A DNA stretch of 64,000 bases. It comes from Paragordius varius (Eukaryota; Animalia; Nematomorpha). This document shows, piece after piece, positions 1 through 20,408 of the stretch. The DNA is taken from the NCBI GenBank assembly GCA_964247055.1, contig OZ176054.1, forward strand, positions 6,324,001 to 6,388,000, read 5' to 3'. A program made the translations under genes and the position numbers. The notes below the pieces were generated by a model, which was not told the DNA's origin, did not search any database, and was given only the letters and a program-made list of their open reading frames with translations. Position 1 is the stretch's first letter. The number at the start of each line of letters is the position of its first letter.

Positions 1-3000
1 CATTGAAACCTATAAGAAGAGTCAAAAATAGGTTAAAATTATAATATAAAAACTATTACTGATTTCAATAATATAAAAATCTTACCACGATAAGTGTTTG
101 AAACAAAAGTTTTACAATTGCTCCCAAAATTTTCACCATGAGTACGGGCTGTATCGTAACTTATCACAAATACTACACCGTAAATTTCCTCTTTATCTCT
201 AAAAGATATAAATTTAAGTTAATCAATGAAAAATATAATTTACCATTATTTTCTGACAAAAAGTCTAATTCTAAAAGCAAAATAATGTATATAAACTCTT
301 TATTTGGGTCTTCAGTGACAAAACAGGCTGGTTGTAATTGTGTTATTGGAAATGTTTTAAGAAATGTGGTATATTTTTCAATTTCATAGCACCAATGATA
401 CACTAAACTTGAGGGGCAAATTACCAGGGAATGTGTTAAATTCGATTTCGGTAACCTTGATTTTGGATTTGATATTTCTTTATTGCTTTCAAATTGGGAT
501 TTTTCAACAGTTTTTACTTCAATGGAATGGCATAATATTGCACCCACAGCTTGTAAAGTTTTACCTAACAAGGGTCAAAAAAAGTCATAAAAATATTAAT
601 TTTAAATAATATAAGCGTAAATATTGATGCACAACACATTTTCTTTCTAATATAAAAAGAGATGGTATTTTAAACCAGTAAAAAAATAATAACTAATACA
701 TCGCTTATAAAAACAGTCATACGCATACCCAACCAGTTTGAAAAGTGAATTAGTAATATATTTATACATACCTAATCCCATATCATCGCACAATATACCA
801 TTTAAATGGTATTGACGTAAGAAATTAAGCCATACAATTCCCTGTTGCTGATAACTTCTTAATTGGATATCTGAATGGAGGGCTTGGAATAATTGATGCT
901 CCAAAATATGGCTAAAAATTGTTTTAAGATTAAAAATGTGCCATATTAAAAAATTGATAAAGAATTTTTTTAAATATTAAAATATATTATCAAGTATAAT
1001 ATAATTTTCATATCTTTAAAACGAATCAATTATGAAGAAATTATAAAAAAATCAGTAGATTTAATTAATAAATGGAATGGATATTAAGCAATGATTCAAA
1101 GAATATAATATGATCAAACAAATCAGTAAATTCGAACGAATAACCCTTTCAAAGAGCCATTCAATGCCCATTAGATAAAGCAAAAAAAAACCAAAAATAA
1201 AAAGTTAATTAGCTTAAATTTTTTTAATAAAAATCAATTGCACCCGTTATTAATCGCATTAAATTGTTACATTGAGAAAAAACAAAACCTTTTATGTTGT
1301 CCCATGCCTTCATTCACAATATTTAATTTTGGTTTGATTAATTGTGTCAAAAATTGACTACCCCTGTCATAAGCATCTTGGAGTTGAGGTTCATTAGAAA
1401 AGGGATTTCCTAGGGATGTATTCTACAAAATTTAAAAATTATTATAATTTTTTTTATAATAAAACAGTTATTATTGTATATACGTTTGCGTCTACTTGGC
1501 TTTTATTGTATTAAAACTAGGTAATTCAAATTTGTTTAAATTAAATTTAGATTCAGTTTAAATTCTTGTTAAACGGTTCCAAAACTTTCAAAATAATACT
1601 TAGTTCTCTTACGTAGCGAAATATAAAAAAATGTAAACAACTGAACCTTTCCAAAAAATAATTTATACAAATATATCCCCACTTATCATTATTATTAAAA
1701 TTGAATTCCATAACATCTATTTTATTACCAAAATATATGTATGATTTGAAAACTTTTATAATCACCATATTATGATGCTACAAATTATATTAATCAAAAA
1801 AGTTTAATTTAAGTTCACCATACAATTAACAACCACATATAATGGGTATTTTGACACTGTTTTTTTGATATCATACGATTCTAACTACGTTTTCAATTTT
1901 TAAAAACGTACTCTTTGAAAAACAAATCTGACTTTATAATAAAATATCCAATAACCAATTCTTAAAAATTTTAATTTCCTAGGAATTAAAAATAATGAAT
2001 ACATAAAAAAATAATAATTAATATACACCATAACTGACAAATACTCCATGGCACGGGTAAAACAATAAGAAGCCCCTTTTCTAAAATTCAAATTATCGTG
2101 TTGTGACATCATATAACGTAAACATGGTAAGATACATATTGTAAGGTATGGTACCATTAAATCAATATTTTTTTCTACACAAAAAGGATAATATTATAAA
2201 AAATTTTAAAGTTTTGACAAATATTTTGCCATCTATCATATAAAAGAAACAGCTTAGAAATTTAGAGAGAGAGAGATTTAAAATAACAAAAATTAATGAA
2301 GTTGTTAATTTTGAAAAAATAATTAAATGCCTAATCTTCCCCCTTTGGTTTATGTTAAAATATAACCGTAACCCATGGTATTAAATATTAATTCCTACTA
2401 ACTGTAAAATATTATTTAGCATATTTCAAAAAAGATCATCCATATTATTTAATTTTAAAATTAAGATTTTTATGCGGACAAAGAGATAGGTATTATTCCT
2501 ACATTATGAGAAAATTAGCTGTATATTTTTTAATTTGAAGATAAAAAAAGGACCAACCTAATTCACATAAAAGAAGGATTAGAGTATTAAACATTGAGTT
2601 TAGAGATGTTTGATCATTGGCATCGATTACGATTTCCATCCCAGTGTTTTGTGTTGTAAAATTGGTTACCAATAAAAAATGAGTAAAAAATTGCTTATAT
2701 GCAATTTGTTTAACTTGATTTATCATATCGACGGGCAATACATAAGGGAATAATGTGAAAAAGTTTAGTAGACAAGAACATCTTAATTTGTGTGAGATGG
2801 TAACATTCTAAACGTAAACAAAGTTAAAAATCAAATGATTTATAAAAGAAAAAAATATAGTTCGGACAATATTATTACTTTATCAATTAGCCTTTTGCAT
2901 ATATTAGTACACAGGAGATTAAAATACGTTTGCCATTCCATAAGAGAAAAATTTGTATTTTCCGTTTTAGAATCCAACAAGATTAGGTGTTCGAGTATGC

Positions 3001-6000
3001 AAGGCATAAGATGTGAACATAAAAAGAAACTAATATTTTGGGCTGATGACGCTTTATAAAGGCTTTTATCAACCGCTGTTTTTGTATTAGATTTGTCCGA
3101 CAAATCACTAATTTTATAAAAAAATATCCTTAGAATCGAAAATGACATAACTGTTTCAAAAATTTTGATGAAAATTTTACCCAATAGCTAAAATATGTGA
3201 TAAGCTTGGTAATATATCTTTAGTCAGTCCTGTTTCAAATTTCTCCTGATTATCAATATTAATTGGATCAATAATGTTGGCGAAAAAGTTTGGAAACATA
3301 TGTATAAATTGGATTAGGCCCATTTGAGATAAACACACTTCCATGTAATTGACGAGTTTTGTCAATTTTAACAAGAATTTATTTTGAGTATCTGGGTTAA
3401 ATATATGAAATGATTTGTTGATGTCTGAGTACATTGTATTCGTTTGGAAAACATTGCTGAATAATAATGAAGTAAATTTTAGGTCATTACCGCATACCAA
3501 ATTAAATGGATCATCTTCCCAATGATAAACACTATAAAATTAATATGTAATGTTATTACAATATACTTATTGCAAAAAAATAAAGTTCTTAAGTTTATTA
3601 AGTGCGACTTTATTAAATAAATACGTTAAACTTGGTAATTTAAAAATATATAATATAAGAATGCTAAGAAATGTTGAATAATTCATATAATACAGTATGG
3701 ATTTTAATGGTTGCTTAAGGGCAATTCGCAACACAGAGGATTGTATGGAAGGAAAAAAGGAGGGAACTAATTGGTTATTCAAGATTTTGTTGTTTTTTCC
3801 ATACACTATTGTGTTACGAATTGCCCAACTATAGTGTGAAACAAGCAACCATTAAAATGCATACTGTATATCGAAAAATACCCACTTTTAATTATATATT
3901 AGCAGTTTATAAACCGTATTGATTTAGATAATAAGGAGATAATATATCTGAGTTATTCATTCAAATGAAAAAAATATATGTACTTGTTATATGTATGGTA
4001 ACGTTCAAACAGTGGAATAAATTGCATTGAAAAAACTTCATTTTGTTGAACATTACCTAGGACAAATTAATTATTGCTAAAAATAAATTTTGAAATGAAA
4101 AAAAAAAATAAAATAAAAATTACCATAAAAAAGAAACTGCCAATACTGATCAAATAAACTGGTGGTGGACTCTTTTGTTTTTTCAGAGATGTCTAAATTT
4201 GTTGTATTTAAATCATTGGGAATATTTTGAATAATATCACAAAGTATGGTATCAGGAGAAATTATTTTAAGTAACATAGTTTCCGATAATAAAGTGGTGT
4301 TATTTTGTAGCCAAAGTAGTGTAGGTATTATAGTAGTAATTTCTACTGAATTTAGCTCATTTTGACCATTTTGATTACCGATAAACATGAGCAGTTTGAA
4401 AAAAGTTGAATTATATGATTCCAAAAATTTTGTATCTAATTTATCAGTTTGTCGTTTATATTCGCCGTGTAAAACAAATTTGGGTAAATATGATGTTTGA
4501 ATTATAAGTGATTGAGCCGTAAATTTTATGAGTTGGATCGAAAATTCCAGATTGTTAGTATAAGTGTGTGCAAGATTTTTGATCAACTAAACAATAAATA
4601 TTGATAAAAATAAGGATTGAAGGGCGTTTACTTAATATTTAATAATTTTTTAAAAATCTGTAAAACTGACATTGATAAAAATATACAAGCTTTTTAGGCA
4701 ATCTCCGTATAAAAAAAGTATATTTATAGATTAAAGTTAAAAGTTTTGCGTTTTGCAAAAATATTGTATGATAAAAAAAGTAATCTCAATATATGATATA
4801 CTAATGCATCTTTATGAAGAGATTCTAAATGAGCTGAAACTTGATCAGATGGTTTGTTAATCGTTGCGGTTTTTAAGTTTTTGGGATTTATTTTCAATTT
4901 TTTATGTTGTTTATTTGTGGTGGTTAAAAAGGTGTCCCCTGCACCAAATTCTCTGTATTTATCTGGCGTTAAATTTAACAACCAGTCGATGACTACGGAT
5001 TCATTTACATCTATTCATAATAATATATATAATAAAATATGGAAATTTACATTTTAAAATAATTGAAAATTTTCTAAGGTCGTGTTTAATGATTATTTTA
5101 AAGAATAATCTAAAATGTATAAAATTGGTGACTCTATCACTAACAAAGCGATAAGATAATTAAATTTTCTATCACTTCGCTAATTTTGAACATATTATCT
5201 GTAAATATTATTGAAATATTGGAGGAGTATATATTTGTATTTAATATATACCATTAACAGTTCAAAGATACCCTTAAACAATTCAAATTCACCCTAAAAT
5301 AAATAACCTAATTTTTTTTAAAAAAATTCGTTTAAAATTAATATAATACTGAAAAAATAATAAAACTATGCCATAAGAATATTTCTTATTAATAATGGGT
5401 AGCCCGAAAACACATAATTTATTTTTAGGGTGAATTTGAATTGTAATTGATATAACTTAACTTAAAACTTAATAATTTTGTATTAATAAATTTATATGAT
5501 GGCAAACAGATTTACCTAAAATTTTGTATGGATCGTGTTTGTTTAAGGTATCGAGAGAAGCGTCTAAATTTTCATTCGGCACTGAATAATTCCCATTCGC
5601 ATAAATATTTTCATTTGGCGTTAAAAATTCATTCAATATAAATTTAAAATTTTGCGGATCATTACTAATTGGGCCGGGAAAATTATTTATGTTTTGTATA
5701 ATTTTATCTGAACAATATTGGTTGTTGGCAAAGAAAGCTTGTAAATTGCCTTTCAATTTATTTTTATGGTATTGAATTTCATTACGGATGCTCTGAAAAT
5801 CTTCAAGGTGCATTAAAAAGTTTGTAGTAAACTCATAGTTTCCATTTTTTGAGATATCACATATACTTTTTGATAAAAGTATATGTGTAAAACTAGTGGA
5901 ATTTTCAAACTGTTTTTCAATTCCATGAGTTTTATTAAAGTGATCAAAAACAGTTTGAAATATAAATTGTGGCCAGGAATTTTTTAATATATCCATTTTT

Positions 6001-9000
6001 TCAACCAAGATTGCATTATTTTCCAGGTGATTTGTATTTTTAAAGAGGAGATGATTTAATTCGAATATACCACGTTCAAAACATTTCCGATAAAAATATA
6101 GCATTAAATAGAGGTGTAGGGTAGATTTGGCATTTTCAACATGGTACTTTATAAGGTCTTGAAAACCTGAGCAAAAATCATAATAATTTGATTGGAAAGT
6201 AGTTATTTCTGCATTGGATATAATGGCGTCCTCACTTTCATCGTTCATAAGTAAAGCTAACTTTGTTTTTTGGCTATTTGAAAAAAAAGCTAAATAATTC
6301 TAAAAGTCATCTATTGGATTTTTAACAGAGATTGAAACAGACACCGTTTTATATTACGGTAAAAATTTTTGTAAAATACCTTTATAAATTTTGGCTTATT
6401 ATAATATTTTGCATAAGCTCTTTTTATAGAGTGAAAATATATAACCGCAATGTATTATATGACATTCTTGTTCAAATATTAGGATTTATTTATAAGAATA
6501 AAATAAAAAAGGGTTTTAGAAAACAATTTTAAAACGGTTCCGTTTAGAAAAACGTAAAAAACTCACGTGAATATACAATTCATTAAAAGGGCCAAACTTT
6601 CAACAATGCGAATTCGACAAAACATTATGTTAGTTGATCTATGTTTTTCATTGCTATTTATTAATTCATTCGATGTATTTTTATTATTAACATCTGGTGA
6701 AATTTCCAACGTTGTATCCAATGATGCCATATCAATACTGGCCAAAAAATAGTGAGATGTAGGATTCACGTTTTCATACCTATGCAATAATTAAAATTAT
6801 AACTTAAATATATTTTGTAACACTTGTTAAATTATTAAATATAATAAAATTAAAATTGATTCTATTTTATTTTCACAAACATGAATTTAAAAATGTACAT
6901 GTGAAACGAACTATAGTTTTACAATAAAACGCTATAAAAACGATTAGTATAATAAAAATTGTTTCATCCTTTCTAAATTTTAAAAACTATCCATTAACTT
7001 ATGCATAAATATAAAAGATTTTCACTCAGACCTTTTATAAATCCAATTCAAACTTTCATTATTTGAGGGCGAGTGAGGGTAATATTGACATAGTAGTTTT
7101 TGCAAAATGGCACTCAAAACATTTGATAGGGGTTGTTCTACCTTTCCAAAAGCCACACATAACAAGGTATCAGCAAACGCCGTTGCAAACACGGTAAGTG
7201 TTTCTAAGCTTTCTTTCATCAAAAGTTGGAGGGGTGCATTATTAATTGTAGTAACTACCAAAGTATTACAATTTATGATGGTTTTCAAATTCTAGTTGAG
7301 ATATCATAAATAGAGAAATTATGTGATATGTAAGGTAAAACCAAAGTTTTTGTAATAAGAACCGCATGTTAATAAGTAAAAATCAACTATTTATATTTTC
7401 CTTAAATATTAATAAAATTAGAAATAGAATTGTAAAATGGGTAAAAAAATATAATTTTATATTTACAACATATCTAAATAATTAGTCTATAAATAAGATT
7501 AACATTTGGATTAATAGCTCTTTACTCAAAATTTTAACATTTTTGTTATTATATTTAAAACTTAACTTTAAAAAATGACACTATAAGAACAAATAGAAAA
7601 ATATAATTTTATTCAATAGAGTAAATATAATGCAAAAAAACAAAACCTTTTTTATTAAAGCTTGAATTTCAGGTTCGGCTTCAATTAAACTTCGCATCCA
7701 TAGTTCCTTGACCAGATGTCCAAACAAACTGATATGAAAAATTTTATAATTTTCTCCAGAAATCTAAATAAAAAATAACTAATTATTCATTTTTTTTATT
7801 TCCTAAAAATATATATTAAAATTAATTAAATTATATATGCCAGACCTTTTATTTATTATATGATAATAAATTTATGACTTCGTTGGGAAACAGTAGCGGG
7901 ATAAATAAATAACAAACAGCGAATTTGACATATATTTTATATATTATATGAAAAAGTTAACTAATGCATGGTTTTAAGCTACTATTATAAATAAAAGTGC
8001 CTGATACATAATAACTTTAACTTTGATTAATATTGCGCTACTATATGTAATAATAACTTTCAATAAATTAAATCAGTTAACAAAAAAGCAAAAAACTTCT
8101 CTCATATAGTAACATAACTTCGAACCGGTTCGAAAAAAAAATGAAACCGGAACCGAGGTGGTTCCTGGAAACCCAACGGAACCGGTTTCTGCTAAAATCT
8201 ATAAACCTTTAACAAAATCTTTTATCATTTTCATTTCATAAAACCAAAAATAACTCAAATTACTCACATTAATATCATTAGTTGTCAGGGTGAGCGTTGT
8301 GTAAAGAATTTTAAGTATTTGCTCACGAACATCCTTTGTATGATGATAGAGGAAAAGGCCACTGCTAGCTATTTGCAATAACTTATTGTATAAATCGTGA
8401 TTTTCGCTCGATGTATTATCATTAGAAATTTCATGTTTTAAAGAATTCAAACAGCACACCAATAAAGGTAAAAATGATTTTTGAATACCATGGCTATTAT
8501 ATATGGGATCATTATTAATTTTATCGTTAAGTTCTGTATCAGAGGACTTTTCGATGATATTATCAAAATTATTGACAAGATTTACCAATAAATTGATGGT
8601 ATATTGTAAAATATCCTTTTTATTCTGTAAAAATACAATTATATATATATTTTAAGTTATTTTGAATAGTTTAAATTTATAAATATTAAAAATATTATTA
8701 TAAAGATAGAGTGAAAGTAATATCAGCTAATCATTTGTCAATCAATGGTTTATCAACATAACAAATAATATTAAATTAGTAGCTAAGTCTTGCTATGGGT
8801 CAATGTGACTTAGTCAAAAATGATAAATACTTTAGGTTAAAAATATTCGGTTGATAATATTTATATTTTAACACCCCAATACCTTTTGGGGTAGTTTTAT
8901 ATGTCAGAGAGATTTATAATTTAAATATCTTAAACAGTATTTAAGCTATTAAGCTGAATATAAAATATGCTTTCTTTAGTCTTTTAGGTGCATTATAAAA

Positions 9001-10167
9001 GAAATTTTATGAAAAATGTAAAAACATTCTCATTTCAAACTTTTTTTGCGCCATTTTTTTACTATCAAATTTTTTGATTCGCTAATGCAACAGGCAAAGA
9101 AAATGTATATTATGGTTAAAAAATGTAAATAATAGCTTTAAAAAGCTTTCAGATTACATTTTGCCAACTAAAACTTGATATATTTGAATTTTAATATCAG
9201 CAGTTCGCTTTAATCGTTTTTGAAATTGTCCCAATTTTAGACTCTAGAAGTCACAAAACTATAAAAAATATAGCTTTTTTATGCATACATGAGAATGTTT
9301 GATAATTAAATTCTAACTAAAAGAACTCTCAAAACAGTAGTTTATTTACCAAATTGAGCCCTGGGATATAAAATTACCCCAAAATGTAAACTATTACAAA
9401 AAGGTCAAAAGGTAATGGAGTGCTAATAAATATATTTAATTGTTGCTAGTATTTCGATATTTATGGATCAATTTTAAATTTTTTAAAACCAGGTTTAAGC
9501 ATTAAACATATCACATACATTTTTATTACTAAATTCTTTTAGATAAGTCAATTAAACATAGGGAGTCGATTGAGTTAGAGGCTATTTAAGGAAATAACTG
9601 GAAATTTTATAATACAAATGGTAAATAAAAAATATAAATAGGCCTACATTGATGCTTCTAAATTTGTCATTTTCTTTAATACAATAAAGTGTAAAATACA
9701 CTTCTAGAAGTGAATTGTTAAAATATTTCTAAATGAAAACTATATCTAGAATAAAAAAGTAAAAAAATGATAACAAAAATACCTGAGTAATCAAAAAATA
9801 AGCGTTTTCATCATATTTAATTAAATGAGTTAATATTTCTGCAGATGTTATGACTACATCTTCAGAGCTGGTGTTCTGTAAACAATCTTTAATAAGGATG
9901 GTTGTAATTTTTTGCGGACCGTCAGATGTTAGTTTATTGATTAAATTTTTCCAGCTCTTGTTCTAAACATATATATTTTAAAACTAAAGTAATTTAAATG
10001 GATAATATAGACACAAAATAAAGTATAACCCCACCCCCCACCCCCTCCCCAAAAAAATATGGGCCTTTTAAAAAAATCTATTGAGAAAATAAATAATTTT
10101 ATTGTTTTCAATTAATTATGCTGGTTGGGTTGAAAAAACAAATAATTTTTTGTCAACAAATTATCGC

Positions 10168-10219
<52 letters not shown>

Positions 10220-12569
10220 CAAGTTTTATGGCAAAAAATATTAATTTACGCTAAATATTTGAGGCAAAAGGTATTTGAGACCAAGTAAACCGCTGTGTTG
10301 AATTTGCCATGTTGAGTCTAAACAATCTTTAATACCACTATTATTATTATTGTCATGTCTAAATTTAAGCATTTTTTTCAATTCAAGCCAAGTGTAATTA
10401 AAATTTTCGCTTAAACAGTTTGTTATTATATCCAAATTAGTTGTATTATCTGTATTGGAATCAATATTGTCGTCAGTATGTTTGTACATTTCTATGGTAT
10501 TTTGCCAAAAAACTATGATGAGACTTATAATTTGAGCGGCTAACTCCCTGGTGGGTGAAATGACCTAAATACATTAAAAAATTATCATTGATTAAAAATA
10601 ATAGGGGAAAATTCAATAATAATAACAATGAAATAAATAATTTTATTCAGATCTACTATTTGTTTTACACAAAGCAAAAAAAGAAACTGTTTAATTATTT
10701 TTCATTTATATAGTAGAAGGTAAAATATTTTATTAAATAAGTTGTGAATACAGAGGGAATAAATAGGAACCATTTTAGATTTTGTTTACGGTTCATAATT
10801 CAAAATGTTAAATATCTATATTTGTTTCCAAAAACAGTATCATTTTGGCCATTATCTCTTTTAAGTAATATTAATTTTGGTTCCTTGTTTCAAAATTTAT
10901 GTAATAATTTTTATAATATAATCTTAAAACATACCACAAAAACTTAATATTGATTACTTTGCTATGACAAAGTAAAATGATATCCATCTATAGCAATTAA
11001 AAAAGAAATAAATGATTGAAAGTATTAAAAATTAACCAAATTAAAATAATTTTTAAAAACCGTTACTTTCAAAACATTTACACAGGCTAATGATTCCGGT
11101 TCGAAAATCCCTATTAAACGAAAAAAACCATACCTCTTCCCCGACATAATCTCCGAATCGATCGCAAATAAGAATGCCAAACATATAATGTAGAATCCGT
11201 TCTTGGAGATAACAAAATTTTGAGTTTTTTAAAGAGTCATATATTTGCATTGTTGAAAAAGGTTGAGTTTTGACCATATTTTTGTTGAGTGTCAAAATAA
11301 ACTTACGAAGCAAGAGTAGTGAACCATGACGAGTTTCCCAACGTTTTGAAAAAATAGTACGTACATTTAACGCATAATCAAGTACGAAATGAGCCCATTT
11401 CAAAGCAGTAGCATCAGAGGAACCAATAGGTTCTGAAACTGAAATATCTCGTTTTTCGAAATAATTGACGTCAAATATCCTGGATTTCTGGGTAATTTAA
11501 TAAAATAAAGAGTTAATAATAATTTCAGTTTGACGGTTATAGATGCAGTCAACCGTTACCTTAAAAAAAAACTAACTGTTTTACATGATATAAAATAAAG
11601 ATTTACATCTTAAATATAATTAATTAATTGTTAGTTTTTTATGATATATAAAATTAATTGGATCGGAATTTTTGTTTGTCATATTTAGATAAAACTAGGG
11701 TTCGCCATTATCAAAAAAACACCCCGATTTTTAATCATTCATGTTATAGTTCAATCAATACCACAAAAATAAATTAAATTAATTGTTATTAACCTTTAAA
11801 AACTTTTGGTTTTTTTTAATATTTTTTAAGATTTAAACCATTGGTTTATATTTATTTTATAATACCTAAAAACATATGTTTACATTTTTGACTGGTTGTT
11901 TGTAAAACGGTTACACTCACGGTCGATCGCTAATATTCCTAATTACAAGTATTATTATTAACTGTTTATGACCGTGATTATTAAATTTTACCCCAACGTT
12001 ATAATTAAACCAGTAAAAATATAACTCTACTTAATAGATAATAAATAAAAATCTATTACCTCAATAATTGGAGTTTCATTAATTATTAAATCGCTTTCTA
12101 CTATAAATGAATCTAGTTCTGTGGGTATATTTAGATGGGAATTAAGGCCAAAATGCTTGTCTAAATTTTTACGCTTTTCAAGCAAATCGGCTTTATCACA
12201 TTTTTTATCTAAAATATAAAATTATGAAAATAAACCATCTACTGATTTGCCAGAATCTAGAGTTTGATATCCATAAAAATTTATTTCCTCACACTCTCTT
12301 CCGTCAAAAAGATCCAAACCATATCTGAGAGTTATATATGGTTGACTGAGTAAACCACCAAAGATTTGAGATGCCGTAATTCGGACATCCCAATTTTTGT
12401 GAAGTATTAATTTTGTTAAATATCGTAAAATTTCCTCTTGATTCTGAATATCCAACACAGAGTTTAGATAACTAATCGCAGAATTTTTGATTTTTGCACT
12501 ATTGCTATGCTCCAATAACGAGAATATACGATTTATGCTACAAATAAATTTTAAAAATTACTTTTCCAT
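1..12569 (-). CDS. BTAF1: TATA-binding-protein-associated factor 172 / Mot1 (SNF2 ATPase), multi-exon, 3' part beyond the left edge
   Basis: Exon 1 is 12569-12562 (ATG GAA AA), followed by a 24-nt intron. Exon 2 (12537-12236) reads MENINRIFSLLEH...KNWDVRITASQIF, matching the Mot1 N-terminus. Further exons resolved by hand: 12208-12060, 11487-11134 (KRWETRHGSLL...DRFGDYVGEE), 10564-10250 (VISPTRELAAQ...WQIQHSGLLGLKY), 9962-9783, 8624-8268, 7763-7647, ~7291-7032 and 6779-6567. More exons correspond to the ORFs at 5469-6248, 4077-4586, 3567-3848, 2840-3500 and 1900-2157. SNF2 helicase motifs LRSYQQQGIVWL...GILCDDMGLGKTLQ, SLVICPSSLVYHW and VISYDTAR lie at ~900-130. Not every internal exon boundary was resolved. 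Confidence 0.93.
10172..10216. repeat. (TA)n microsatellite (shorter ones near 20371-20402, 42731-42751 and 55520-55542)
   Basis: Direct reading. Confidence 0.95.
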
Positions 12570-12615
12570 AAAAAACCATACACCCGTCTTTTCTCTGCTA
12601 GTCTCTCAGGTTGAA
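12570..12615. promoter_or_regulatory. 46-bp bidirectional spacer between BTAF1 and METAP2
   Basis: Divergent ATGs lie at 12569 (-) and 12616 (+). Promoter function is inferred. Confidence 0.7.
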
Positions 12616-19060
<6,445 letters not shown>

Positions 19061-20196
19061 TTTCATGTTTTTTGGATTTGAAAATTGTTAATTATAATAA
19101 ATATCTTGAATCTTATTTGATTGATTATTATATGACTGTCTCAAATTCAATTGCCAAATGATGATTTTTAGGAACTTAGATTTTTAATTATAAAATGCAG
19201 TAAATCTATTATTTTGCCGTACTAGATATAAATATTTAAATTTATAAATATACATTAATGGAAAACCTAATCTCCGCTATAAAACTTTATATTATTGTTA
19301 TTATATTAAATCATATTTTTTTAGAATTAATTTACTTCTCTTTTTTGAATTTCGAAATAATATTTTTTTCTATACAAGAACCAATATAACTGATCCCTCA
19401 TTTAAATCATTTCTTTTCCTCGGAACCGGTTCTTTTAAAACGCTTATATTAAACACGGGGTTACGATTTTTTATGGTCACGATACAAGAAGTCTAATATT
19501 ATTTACAATTCAAAACCCTTGAACAACTCATATTCACTATAAAAATAATTTATGTGTTTTCTGGCTAATATGATTCATTATTAAAATGAAATATAATTTT
19601 ATGGCTTAATTTATTATTTTTTACAGTATTATTTTAATTTTTAACAAAATTTTATTTTTTAAAAATATAAAAAAATATAGATAATTTTTATTTTTAAAAA
19701 ACACATAATTTATTTTAGCGAGAATAGGGTGATTTAATTTGTTCAAGGGTGAATTTAGCATCTTTTGAGTGCAACACTCGGTGATTTAAATCTTTTAATC
19801 ACTCTAAACCTTTTTACAGTGGTTAGTACTCGACCTTAAACAGTTGAAATCTCTGTGTTTTTTTAGATAGAGATTTTTGTTTTTAATTTTATATTAAATC
19901 CAAAGAACTATCAATAAAATAAGAACATCAATAAAATATAACATTTGATTGACCTCTAGGTTGTACTACTTATTATTTTAAAAAAGATTGATATTTATTT
20001 TTATTCTATTTTTAGGTTTGATAGTCAATACTATTTATAGAATATTATGTTAAAATCGTTGATTCTAAAAAATTTAATGAAGCGACCACGTAGGAAAGGG
20101 TTTATTCCAATTATAAATTACAATATTTAATTTTACAGTTCGTTTAACTTTAATTGAGAACACTCTTACAAACATTTTATCATTTAAAACATTAAT

Positions 20197-20365
20197 ATGA
20201 TCAAAGTATCATTGCTAATATTGTTACTAACCAGTCGTGTGTATGGAGATTTTGAATTAGGAATCGGTAAAAATTATAAATATTTTGCAAAATAGCCCAA
20301 TATGTGTCAAAACTTGCAAAAAATCTGGATGGAAATCACATCATATCCTATATCAAAAATAAAAG

Positions 20366-20408
<43 letters not shown>

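Noticed and set aside
11111-11133. Apparent 23-nt intron after the BTAF1 ...GEE exon
   Set aside because: Splicing there gives a stop. The conserved continuation (VISPTRELAAQ) is at 10564, so the intron is about 570 nt.
12600-12615. CTCAG just before the METAP2 ATG (and TTTCAG at 59333) as spliced-leader acceptors
   Set aside because: The 59333 AG is explained by a cis mini-intron, and the TANGO2/ZNF207 spacer has no AG on either strand, so trans-splicing is not a general explanation. It is not excluded for METAP2 alone.
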